Positions 1-12,090 of a stretch of DNA of 64,000 bases are shown piece by piece. The notes beneath the pieces are model-generated. The model made no database searches. It saw only the letters and a program-made list of their open reading frames with translations, and was not told where the DNA came from. Position numbers and translations under genes: made by a program. The stretch covers positions 372,001-436,000 of the forward strand of contig LSRY02000051.1 of assembly GCA_001643675.2 (NCBI GenBank), given 5' to 3'. The DNA is from Monocercomonoides exilis PA203. Taxonomy: Eukaryota > Protista > Preaxostyla. How positions within the stretch are numbered: the first letter of the stretch is position 1; each line of letters starts with the position of its first letter.

Positions 1-210
1 TGCATATTCCTCGTCCGTCCCCGGAACGACTCCCTTGTAGATGTCCCCTGCACCACAAAAACAGTTAAAATTCGCCAAAACCTAACACCTGTTCTCCACA
101 CCGAACGACCCGCACCCGATTTTCTTTTCCAGCTTGTACCGTCCCCCAACAACTTGCGGCACACGCGCAATTGGTGGGGCTTGCGATGGCTTTCGAGATC
201 TATCTGCCAT
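1..210 (-). CDS. CK1: Casein kinase 1 paralog, 5' part (exon 1 210-102, intron 101-48, exon 2 runs off the window); near-identical inverted copy of the gene at 36076
   Basis: Reverse complement reads [37 protein letters not shown]|[15 protein letters not shown]. It matches 36076-36285 except one synonymous GAC/GAT change and one intronic base. Confidence 0.9.
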
Positions 211-330
211 TAAAACTTATGATCAAAATTACCCCTTATTTGCTTTTATCAGATATCTGAAATAACTCTAAAGAGTTTTTTTTTGTTTTTTATTTTTTTT
301 TTCCCACATATTAAAATGGACAAAACAATA

Positions 331-1050
331 CCTCTGTGACCTGACAAATAACTTGAAGCCTCGTCTGTCATAAAAAAAAAAAAAAAAAAAAAATTTTTAA
401 TAAATTTAAAATATACTATTGCAAAAACTTCTAAAGACTTTTCAAAGCACTATGATAAAGATTTGTTGATAGTATCTGTAATATCTTGTTGTTTTTTTTC
501 TTTTGTCAGTGACCGTCAGTGACTGTCAATGACAAATTGTGACAAAAATATTCCTCAACAGACATTTCGTTACAAATAAAATAAATATCGTAAACTTGAT
601 CATTTGGGACAAAATATTTCTCTTCAGGCATTTTCATTGAGAAATTTTGCATCTTAGTGAACTTTTTGTGATTAAAAAAAATGAAAATAATGGGTTCATT
701 TTTTGAAATACACGTGAGGTCGCAAAACATAATGATGCTGTATTAATGATGTTTGTTTACAGATATGAAAATGAAATTAATTTCAAAATCTGATAAAGTT
801 TAAAAATGTTATAAGTGAAACAATTTTTTCATGCCTTGTGCATAAAAAGCTTGAAAGAACGTATTTTCCCCCATTTTTTTAATTTTTATTTTATCAAAAT
901 AATAAGAATTGTGACATGTGGATTTCCAAATTAATTATTATAGTAATAAAGAATTATGAAATCGTTATTCAAAGCTATTTATGACAAATAAAAAACATCT
1001 TCTCAGTCATTTTGTCGATTTTTCGTTTTTCTCTTGTCACGTCACAGAGG
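331..1050. mobile_element. MITE-like non-autonomous element, 17-bp TIR, candidate 4-bp TSD AATA
   Basis: CCTCTGTGACCTGACAA (331-347) vs TTGTCACGTCACAGAGG (1034-1050) match 16/17 as inverted repeats. AATA lies directly outside both ends (327-330, 1051-1054). Internal GTGAC/GTCAC motifs; no credible ORF. Confidence 0.6.
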
Positions 1051-1372
1051 AATAGACAAAACATCTGCGTCACATGCCTTCAGACGTGAACATTTTAGGA
1101 GTGACGTGACGTGACTGAAAAAATTTCATTTTCTAATAAATAAATATTCTAAAATTAAAAACAAGACGTACAAAGAATAATTGATTTTTTTTGTGATTCA
1201 TCTTTCATTATTTTTTTTTTAATTTTTTTTTGAATGTTCATTTTCAATTTTTGTATGAACAATGGGTTGTGTCGTGATCAATTTTTTACGGTATAAATAC
1301 CAAGGCATTCGCGTCACTGATGGTCACTGACGTGTTTTTTGATAATGAAGCATTTGGAAATTATTATTTATT

Positions 1373-1626
1373 TGGATCATTCTTTTTGAAAAGTCGCAAA
1401 TGAAAAAATTTTGGGTTAAATAAAACTGAACATTTTTTGACCAGTTTTTGCTCTTTATACTGAAAACTTATAAACATATAGAATTTGAATACACAAACCT
1501 ATTTAATGTGAGAAAAAGTGCATGTTGGAGAAATGTGATTGATTAAAAACAAAAAATGACAAATTAGGAACAATTTTTTTAAACCCAAATAATTAGTATT
1601 TGCGACTTTTCATAAAGAATGACCCA
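1373..1626. mobile_element. ~250-bp MITE-like inverted-repeat element
   Basis: TGGATCATTCTTTTTGAAAAGTCGCAAAT...TTTGGGTT at 1373 is the imperfect reverse complement of AACCCAAA...ATTTGCGACTTTTCATAAAGAATGACCCA ending at 1626 (~48-bp arms). TSD unclear. Confidence 0.55.
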
Positions 1627-1995
1627 TATGTTATTCATGGATGCATCACATGTGTTTGCCTCTTCATTGGTAAATCCATAAATCGATTGAGGAAAGTTTT
1701 TTAATTTTTTCATATTTTTAATAACACTTTTTTATTCTTCTTGATCTAAATAGTTCGAGATGTATTAAGAAACAGAGGAGATTATAAATCACACAGATGC
1801 GAATGGATAAAACAGAAAAATATAGAAACCAATGAGTACACAAACTGTTTGAATTTATTGATTTTTCTTGAAATAAATATGGAACTTATATATAATTTTG
1901 ACATAGGTTATTATCATCCAATGAAGGAAGAATAAATCATTTCCAAACTTTCTCTTGATATTGTTAATCACAAAATATTTATTGGATTCACTCCT

Positions 1996-4953
1996 TTGAA
2001 TAATGTCAGGATTGTGAAAAATGATATACACAGACTTTTTATGTGTCCCCGTGAAAAAGATGGTGTTGCTTGTGGAGTGACTGGTCGGAAGGATTACTCT
2101 TTGATTTTTATTCACAAATGTGATTTGATTATGAATAATCATATCTCTTTGTTTTTTTCTCTGAAGTCCAATTTCTCAACATATTCTAATTAAAGGAAAC
2201 AAATCCATGGAACTTCTCAAACAACATTGGAAGGAGAGCTTGCTGAATCTTTCATCAATGTCGTTGCCCGTAGAAATATTTCTTTTCTTTCAGTTAAAAC
2301 AAATAAATTCAATGATTTTGTATCAGCATCAATAAAGTCATCACCAGCAAATCCACACATGAGCAGAGAAGATATTTTCTCTCGCTCAACAGAGAGAAAT
2401 GTGAGTAGGATTCTTCATGAAACAAATTCTAAGAAAATGAAAAAAGCAATTTCAATAATTTCTTACAATCCCCTTGGAGTGGTCATTGACAGAGGAGTTG
2501 TTGGGGGAGTTAACTACACTGCAGTGGGCATTTCAACAATTGATCGATTTTCAAAACCTCTAATTTGGAAGTTGAACAAAGGCTGTCGATCAGAATCCGG
2601 TTATTTCAATATGGGAACAGGAATAATGACAGAGTTGAGTGCTTATGGATGTTCTGTCAGAGTTTGGTGCTCAGATGGACTTTAACCACAAGTTTTATCT
2701 TTGAACGAGATATCAACTTATGATTGCATGGAATTACCTACTTTGTCGCATACAAATAATTATCCCAGACCAATTTTTGAAAGGTGTCTGAACCACATGT
2801 CAATATTTTTTTTGAAAAGTTCCATTTGTTTTATTTTTAAAAAAATCAAAATTTCATATTTCTATCAAATTTCTGTTCACTCTCACCAAATTTTGCTATT
2901 ATGAAAACAAAAGTTTGACAATGTTATTTTATCCATTTTTGAGAATTTTCGTGAGTTGGAACAGATACATGTTAGAAATATGAAATTTTTTATTTTTTTT
3001 TGAAAATTATACAAATGGAACTTTTCAAAAAAATTTATACATATAATCAACCTGGTTGTCAGTCATGCTTTTTCTGAAAATGTTAAACTTAAGAAAATGA
3101 AGGAATTGATTATAAGATTCAGTCAGCAAGCACATTTGTCAATTATCAGAAACAGTTCGAAAAAAAAGATGCCCATCATTTATTGCTGCCAGATGGCTGT
3201 GCTTGTTCAATATTTGTTTCTTCATAAGGCAGAATCAATCAATAATAAACAAAACCAGCATGCATTCAGATAACAAAATATTTGAAATTGCTCTAACTGA
3301 ATTGTTGCTGTATCCACTTTGTTCGATTCATCTTATTTTTGAAAAAGAATCGACAAAACCTGGAGATGCTTTTCCTGTCATGATTCAAGCAATGAATTTG
3401 TATGATTCTTTTTCAACATATGAATATTTCAAAGGTGGAGAATGGCATAACGCCTTTACCGATATAGTCATTCTGTAATAAAACTCCACACTTTGTTATT
3501 TTTCTGGACAACTAATTGCAACATCTTACGCATTAACTCCAACAGGATCATATAAACATCGAACCAACAAATTCACTTGTGACCCTAGGGAACGTTTGAA
3601 TATAAACAAAAAATACATATTATTATTATAAAAATATTCATATTTTTCCTTTATCTCGTAAATATTATTTAATTAAGTTTCAGAAACAATTATTGATGTG
3701 TCCAAAAAATCAAGCGAATCTAAATCACATTGTTGTGGAGAAGATTCATCTGGATCAATGTGTCTAATTCAAAACTCATCATACACTTCGTCTTCATCTT
3801 GTTCGTTATCATCTTTTTCATCCTCCTCTTCTTCCTCCTCTTCATCCTATTCCTCTTCCTCCTCTTCCTCCTCCTCTTCGTCTTTATCTTCCTCCACCTC
3901 AAATGTTTCCTCTTTAACTACATTTCCTATTTTCCAGAATCCTTCTTCGTTTGAGTCAAAACCAAATCATTATCACAAAACTTGTTCGGATAAACATTTG
4001 TCAAACCTTCCATTTTCATCAACTGAAAAGTTGAAAATAGCTTTTGTGAACTCTGAAAAAGAAGATGAAGGATATAGAAAACGTGTTGTTGGATCTTCTT
4101 TTTCAACTTCTCAAACTGCAAATTGCACAAAAGTGATGAATATTGAGTTCTCAAACTCAAAACTGCAAAGTTTATATGTTTCCATTTCAACTCTGGATTC
4201 GAATTCTCAAGAAAAAACAGAAGAATTTGAAGAACAATACGAAATAGAGGATTTTGATGAAAAAGATCTGTTTGGATTGATTCTAGTTGAAGAAGAAGAA
4301 AAGGATGACGAATATCAACACAAATTCAATCAAATGGATCTTCTTAATTGCTCCCTGACTAGAAAAACAACTCAGCGTGATGAGGTGTCGGATAGTTTGT
4401 CAACAGACATTTCTAAAAAGTCACTAACTGAAGAAGAAAATTCAAGAAATGCAAAAGAACTGACGAATTATAAAGAAAACAACGAAAGTGAAAACGAAAG
4501 CGAGAGTGATGTGGATTTCATATTCAATTTTTCTCGTTTCAGAAAAATTGAAAAATGAAAAGTTGATTCAGAATCTCAAACTTTGAAAATAATATGGGAT
4601 TATTTATTTTCTGATTGGTTTGGTTGGATTGCGGCAGGTTTTAGAGTTTTGTTAAATCATGTGATTGACGAAAGGCTCAATAGAATAAAGTCATAATGAA
4701 TGAAGTTTTTTAAAGAAATAATTCTTAAAAAATAGAAAGATGAAGACATCGAAGCAGATGATTTCATTTTTTATCAAGATTTTGGCTCAAATAGTGGAAC
4801 ACAATTAATATGTTCTTATATAGCTAACTGCACAGTAACTTCTTCAGCAGTGAATCATCTTGTGAGAGAATATTTTCAAAATCCCGCAGAATAATTGGAG
4901 ATCTTCACCACAATATTTCAGACAGAACACTCTATTCTCTTCTTCTTCTTTAA
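1996..4953 (+). pseudogene. Decayed hAT-superfamily DDE transposase
   Basis: Ordered hAT motifs across fragmented ORFs: VVIDRG (1st Asp), WCSDGL (2nd Asp), RCLNH|IINLVV (CxxH), PSFIAARWL (RW motif, ~3172-3198), LLLYPL..FEKES, and the C-terminal dimerisation motif SESSCERIFSKSRRIIGD (4849-4902) ending TAA at 4951-4953. In-frame stops, frameshifts and a Ser/Glu-rich insert (3698-4558). Confidence 0.8.
2797..3042. mobile_element. 246-bp inverted-repeat insertion splitting the hAT CxxH motif
   Basis: Arms TTTTGAAAAGTTCCATTTGT/ACAAATGGAACTTTTCAAAA and AAAATTTCATATTTCTA/TAGAAATATGAAATTTT. Removing 2797-3042 joins AAC CAC to ATA ATC AAC CTG GTT GTC (NH-IINLVV) in frame. Confidence 0.75.
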
Positions 4954-5109
4954 TTTCTTATGGTGATAAATATTTTCAGTTTTGAATATATTTAATCGAT
5001 CATTTTGTTCGTCACTTAGTAATTTTCTTTCCCAAATCTCTTCATCTTTACAAAAAGCTGAAATATGGAACAGAATTTAAATGTTATATGTTTTGACAGA
5101 AAATCAAAG

Positions 5110-8100
5110 TTAATTTACTGAATATTGAATGAGCTGAAGCAAAAAGAATAAACGAAATATGTGATTAGGGGAGAAAAGAATCTTAGAGCGATAAAGATGA
5201 GGCTGAGTGTGCAGGTTCTGGTGGTGAGCGAGGTGTTGGATGTGTAGGATGGTCAAGTTGTGTTTAGCAGTCTGGAGGCAACGGTGGAAGCAGAGGCATG
5301 CGATGCGGAAGAGTTTCAACTGGTGCATGGCACAGGCTTGGAGCTTCCGGTGAGGAACATTTGCGTCGTGCTGCAGAATGAAGTGAGTGTGCTTTATGAG
5401 ACAGTGATTGAGGTGGTGGAAATGACACGCAAGTCTGTGGAAATGAATCTTTTGAATATAGGTGCTCCAGAAAGCAGGAGAGGCGGAACTGTGGCAGCGG
5501 ATCTTGGAGCTACGAGGTGACTGAAGCAAAAACAGTAAAGCAGTATCAGGATGAACAACTTCAGTGTGCTTGTGTTCGTAGTTCAGTGGGCGATGCAAGT
5601 TTTTGTATACGAGGAGAGCTCGGGGAGTACGGAGGTGGTGGTGAAGCTGTTGGGGTTCAGCAAGAACGAGGAGCGGTGGAGGAAGAATACATATGTGCAG
5701 GAAGTTGGTCTGGGGGAAGTGGAGAAAAAGGAGCTGATACTGTTTGGGTGGGAGATGTGGATGGGAGACGAGGATTCTGAGGAAGAAGAAGAAGAAGAAA
5801 ATATTTGTTGTTGATTGAGTTTTGTTGAACAAAGGAACTGAATTTGATCTGCCTCTTCCTTTTTTATTGGAATAGCTGAGCTGAGAGTCTTCAATGTCAG
5901 TTTCTGAATGTTTGACTGAATGCTTTGTTAAGTGTGTGTTTTTGAGATTTTCTTCAAAAGATACAATGAATCTGTGTTTAAAGAAGAAGCCAATGAACTC
6001 GATGAAGACAAAAGGTTTGCATCTGAAGAAGATAACTGGATTTTCCAGAGGACAAGCGAATTGCTTGTGATTTGTGTGCCACACTGCACATGCTTCCCAT
6101 CCACCAATGCCATCACCCGCGGCAGAGACGGGTCAAACGGAAGGATAGTCCCACACAAAAGCTGAATCCTGCTGCAGGACGCTTCGCTCGGAAACGTTGA
6201 TTATGTGAACGACTCTGCCCGCTTCTTCAGAGAGAATATGGTTGACTGTGCGCGATTCTGTGTTTTTATCAGTGTCTGTGATTGCGAATGAGAATGTGTT
6301 TGTCCCTCTGCTTTGCCTGGCGAAACAAATAATCTTCCTGTGCTCGCTTTTGTCAAAATTGCCAAGTGCTTTGAGGAAGCAGAAGATAGCAGAAGGCAAT
6401 CGAGTCTGGCTGAGTTTCCATCTTCATCTGCAAAAAGAGGATAATCTGTGATTTCATCACTTCTATAACTTCCATCATTTCTGCTTCTTCTATTGAAGTT
6501 ACGGTTACTGTTGTTGTCTTCGCCAAGCAGAAAAAGCGAAGAAAGAGTAGCTTTTATCGACCAGAGGAGCGATGTCACTCCTCTCAGCACTTCCACCTCG
6601 TCTGACTGCAGACGCAGATGAAGCGAGGCAGCCGGAGCACGCGATGACTGCAGATCAAGAGGCCTTTCACAGAATATTGAACGTCTTTTGGATGAGGATG
6701 AGGATGAGGAAGAAGAAAAAAGAGGATGAAGATGAATAATTGTTGATAGAACGAAGGAAAGAGGATGTTGAATGGGATTGAGGTTTGTCAAAGTTGAGGG
6801 AGGACTTGAGAGAGGAAGGCTGGAATGTGCTTTGTTGGATGTGGGGGTGCTGAGAAGGATGTGAAGATTGTGAAGAAGAAGAAGAAGAAGAAGAAGAAAC
6901 AGAAGCAGCAGCAGAAGAAGAAGAAACAGAAGGACTAGAATTAATCACATCGCTCTTCGTCATTCCATGGACTGACTCCGCAGACACAGCTGAAGGGGAA
7001 GACAAGAACATTGACTGATAAGAAGCGAAGGATGTGAATAAATGGAGCTGATTGAAAGAGATAGGAAGCATTCTATTTGTTTCCTTTGAGGAGTGTTTTG
7101 TGGGGGTTTCTTTGCTTCTCAGCAGCAAACTGCCTGTGGAGTCAGCTTTTACAATAGAAGAGTGAGGGTCATGTGGTGATTGATATGATTGATATGATTG
7201 CTATGAATTTAATGATTGTATTGATTGAATAGATTGAATTAATTGAGATGACTGAGGTGATTGAGGTGTTTGCAATGGAATAGGAGAAGAAGGAGAAGGA
7301 GAAGAGGCTGAATGTGAGGCAGAAGGTGAGGTTGAAGAAGGAGAGTTGTCTGAGGTGAGGAAAGGGGAAAAAGAAGAAGAAGTGAATGTTCATAAAGATG
7401 AAGATGTGGAAGAGGATAAAGAAGAAGGCGACATTGAAAGTGAAGGCGAAGCAGCACGCTGTTCTGTTGAAGAAGAAGAAGAAGAAGAAGAAGATGATGA
7501 AGAAGAAGAAGAAGAAGAAGAAGATGAAGAAGAAGAAGAAGAAGAAGAAGAAGAAGAAGAAGAAGAAGATGATGATGATGATGATGATGAAAAAGAATAT
7601 TCATAAGTTCTTCTTTTATTTTGAGAAGCACAGTCAGATTATGAAGTCGATGATGACATTATCCCATCCTCTGATGTCATATCCATGTGAGGCGTATGCT
7701 GCAAGAGGTCTTCCTTTGAAAATCGCTCTTGTTGCGCAGCCATCCGAGAAGATGTTTGGGGCAAAAATGTGCATTTGACTTGCTCAATGCCGAGTTGAGA
7801 AGCTGCGTAACTCTGATGATTATTCATCTGGCTGGATTCAACAGAAGACATTATCATCTGCTGCTGCTATGGTCGTTGAAGTTTGCAGATATGGTTCTTT
7901 GGCGTTCATTTAATTCACTTCCAACGCGTTTGCAGCAAACATCCTGTCATTAATTTGTATCTGTTCATATCTCTGTTGCAGTTGAGGCATCTGTTGTTAA
8001 AATTGTGCATTTTGCATCTTCCCCATCTTCTGAGGTGGATATTGCGGAAGAACAACATCAGAAGAGTTGAAAAGAGAAGACGGGATAGTTGTGAAGTCAT

Positions 8101-11100
8101 TGTTATTAGTACAAGCATTATCGCTGCAAGCACTGTAACTATTATTATAATTGTGAGGTGGTTGATTCGAAGCCATTTCTTGATTCAACGACTAGCTCTG
8201 CTGATATTCATTGATTATGCCATGATAAGTGACAAAAGCGAGCAGAACATTTGAGAGAGAGGCATTCCGTTAAATTGGCTTCAGACAAGAAGGAGGTGGA
8301 GGCTGGGAAGCATTTGCCATGGATGATGTTGAAGGCATTGAAGGCACAGATTGAATAAAAGACATAGAAGATATGGAAGGCACAGAGGAGTTGCATTGAG
8401 ATAAAGAAAGACAGGTGGGATGGTATTGTGCTGATGAAGTGGATGAGGAAGAGAGGTTTGCAAATTGGACACAGGGTCAGTTGAATATTAAGAATTAGAA
8501 GAAGACGACGATAAGGAATCCAATGAAGATGACCCAGTATTGCAAGACTGTAGCTGATAACGATGCAGAAGCAGACACAGGAACAGAAGGAACAGTCATT
8601 GAGTACGAAGAAGACTTTGATAAATAAAATAAAGTCAGTGTGTGTGAAACCCAAGCAAGGGTGTTGCATAGCATCTGCAGAGGCGACGGAAGGAGTTCCA
8701 GCTTCATTATTAGCTGGCTCTGCTCCAGAAATATCTTCTTCACCAGTCGTCTCTTTCTCTTTCTCTTTCTTTCCCTTTCTCTTCCCCTCTCTCTCCTTCA
8801 TGATGCATATCCGTTGCCTTCCCCCTTCCTTCCTCCTCCTTCTCAAACAGCTTCTCCCGCCCTTCGTTCTTCCCTGAATTCGCTGGTCTCTTATCATCAG
8901 TCACATTATCTGCATCCGATGATCCACTCCATTCAGCAATAGATGAAGATACAATGTTAATGCCTTGTGGATTCATGGAAGTGGACATTCCATTGGATGG
9001 GGTGTCTGTCACTGGCAAAGCATAAAGTTATGTTTCATCTGGAAAAAACATCGTCTGAAAAAGAGAAATAGAGACGAATGGCTCATCTTTATGGGTACGA
9101 TGGCAATATATGGTTTGGCATTTGGTTGTGGAAGATTTGTGTGTTGAAGAAGAAGAAGAAGAAGAAGAAGAAGATTCTTGTGAAGTGGATCATATGCCAT
9201 GAGATGATGGTGCAGACGTTAACGCTGTAGATGTGAGTGTCGCGTTGCCATCAGCTTCTGTTTCCTTTCCATTGCTCATTTTGGTTGATGAAGTCTGCTT
9301 GTTGCTAATGTTGTTGTTATTGCTGTTATTATTATTATTATTTATGTTTTTATATTCAGATGCCGCAGATGAAGACAAACAACAGAAAGCAGACGGTTTT
9401 TGGATGTTCTTATCAGTTTGGTCACCAGCTGGATGAGATGTTTTCTGAGAACTCGAAGTAAAATTTCTTTTATTAGGTGGATGAGATGATGAAGTGGAGG
9501 AATATGATGATCATGAAAGAAGTTTCATGTTTATTTGAAGATGAAGATGACGACGAAGAAGAAGAAAGTTAAAATTGCGTTGAAGACTGATGTTATAACA
9601 GTGAAGCAGAAATAGCACTCGACAAAATCTGCGAAAGCGTTGGTTTTTCAATGGTTGAATTGAAAGGTTCGTTGACAGGTGCGAATGAAGAGAATTGTGT
9701 GTGTGAAAAGGGATGAGAAATCGAAGATAATTCCATCCCAGCAGAAGAAGTGCCAGCAACTGAAATGGAGTTGTTGTGAGATGCAGCAACAGAAGAGGAA
9801 GAGGAGGATTAAGACAAAGCAGACAGAGAAGAGCGTGAATGATGGTTTGCATAAGGAGCCATTCAAGCATCGCTGGTAAGTGCATCCATCATCATTACCA
9901 GCCACGATACACTGTTTAGAAAAGACGATAGCAGCTCCAGCGATGAAGCTGGCAGAGCGGACAGGGTGAATACAAGAGAGGCTGATACCCAGGAAGAGGA
10001 AGATCCAGAGGAAGAAGAGGGCGTGGAGGAATATGATGAAAGAGTAGAAGAGGTCGAGCATGATGAGTGATTCGTGTGGTGGAATAGCTCAGAAGGCGAA
10101 AAGAAAGGCTCAATTTGAGAAGGATATGGAGGAGGCAGGAAAGCCTGTATCATTTGTGTTAGAAGAATGGTGAAGTCTGTCAGTGAAGGGTTTCCAGCAA
10201 CGCCTGCGATGTGCATCACAGACGGAATCTTCTCAGCCACAGAGGCAGATGAAACAGATGACGCATTAGACGCACCCAGTGGCATTACATTCCCAACAGT
10301 CACACCCTGTGAGGATGATCCTTGTGGATGTCGATTGTATCGATTTGATGGGATCTGCTGTGAAATTGGAAGAGGTCCAGTCGGTGGGAAAAGAAGATAA
10401 GGCATCCCAAATGAAGTCGATGAGTCCAGTGATGAATGTGCATTTGCTCCTCCTGACGAATAAGAAAATCCTTGGCATTTGGACTAGGAACTCGAACGAG
10501 GTGCCGACTGAGTTTGAAAAATAATTGGTGTATTTTGTCTCGGTGTGGAGAAGCAAAATCCTGAGAAGTTGGAGATATTCCATCTGAATGTGGTGTCGGG
10601 GATGAAGAGGAAGGAGTTTAATCAGTTGAAACAGATAAAGAAGCAAGAAGTGGAGAAGAATATGAAAAATGATAAAATGATTATTGAGGAGAAGGGGAAA
10701 AGAAGAGTAAAAAGGCAAAGGAGAATGAGAAGACGAAGACAAAGGTGAAAATGATGAAGAAGGAGAAAAATAATTTGACATTTGCGCAGAAGATGATGAA
10801 GGCTGCCTGGGAATTGAAGAAGTTGGCGAATCAAACGAACGAGCGGCACACGAAATTGATTGCATTGAGTCACTTTCTGTTTGAGATAGCCTGCTTTTCT
10901 TTTCCGTCTGAAACGAAATTGCCCCTTCGCTTATCTTTCTTGTAACACTCAATTTCTTCTTCGGGGAGATCATTTAGATTTTTTCGTATTGATTCACCAG
11001 CTGCATCAGAATGCGGGCAAGAAGCGGGCTCTCTGCCATCGCTATCATCTGTGCCTCTTTTGTGAGTGTGAGGTCGCTGTCCATCATAAGTTCCATCTTC

Positions 11101-12090
11101 TTTTTCTGTCTTTTGTGCGCTTTTAGCTCTGCTCTGTGTGCTTCTCTCTCCTTTCGATGAAACTTTCGCTCTTCTTCTCCTTCTTCCTCCTCATCTTTTT
11201 CTTCTCCTTCTTTTTCTCCTCCTCCTCCTTCTTTCTCTTCTTCTTCTTCTTTTTCTTCCAAAACACCATCTTTCCCACTGCAAACAGCACAAGCCCATTC
11301 AACACTATGAAACATCCAAGTGTAATCAGCAGAAATATTATTTTGTCGTTCTTCTAATCTGTCAAATAGAGCGAGGTATACTCCACAAACGCACCTGATA
11401 GAAGAACAGAACTGGAAAGAGAAGAACATGTGCTCCCAGTAAAGGCAGATATCTCACAGAGCAAGGGAAGCCAAGGAGAGAGGAGAGTAGATATGAGGGA
11501 GAAGAAGTGTGATTGAAGATGAGAGATAAAGGCACAGAAGCAGACGAGGCTGGAAGCTGAAGTGTGGCAGCTGAAGAGTGCAGTGGATTGGATAAAATGA
11601 TGTGTAAACTTTGATGATGAAGAAGTTGAAGATACCTATGAATGAAAAAATAAATGAGTATTGAATGAAGTTGTGAAGCTATTTCTTTTTAAAAAATTAT
11701 TATCGAAAAAAAAACATTAAAAAATAACAAACTTTTTTGTTTTAACCTAAATTTCATAATTCTTCCACTCTTGATATCTTTCATTCCATCCTTCAAAAGC
11801 CCTATTTCCTTCCCTGCTTTTGCGCATTTCCCATTTCCCTCAGTCGAAGCGTGCATCAGCAGCACTTTCCATTTCTCTGTCGAGCCAATCGTGCTTCGCT
11901 GCCACAACAGCACCCATTCCATGAAAGAGAAAGCAAATGCCTTCCAACACAATCATCAAAAAGCAGGCGGCTTTGGTCCAGAACCGTGTGGATTGCGCAG
12001 TTATACATGATACTGTAACGAGGATGAAGGAGACGATGGAAAATGCAGAACAATCGATGAAAATAAACAAAAGTTAACAACAAACACATA
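5110..12090 (-). pseudogene. Large decayed low-complexity (Ser-rich) gene, with possible transmembrane segments near its 5' end
   Basis: Chain of minus-strand Ser/Gln/Asn-rich ORF fragments (e.g. 10974-11429, 10266-10973, 9863-10405, 6667-7128) broken by stops and frameshifts. Hydrophobic stretches near 11.3 and 12.0 kb. One intron-like AT-rich segment at ~11636-11746. No recognisable domain. Confidence 0.4.
7469..7590. repeat. (GAA)n/(GAT)n trinucleotide microsatellite (poly-Ser on the minus strand)
   Basis: Direct tandem GAA/GAT runs. Confidence 0.9.

Noticed and set aside
1081-5100. Defined TIR/TSD boundaries for the hAT element
   Set aside because: CAGACGTG at 1081 resembles a hAT terminus, but no matching right TIR or 8-bp TSD could be found by eye.
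7239-7778. Poly-K/M, poly-L/H and poly-E ORFs
   Set aside because: Alternative frames of a GAA/GAT microsatellite.
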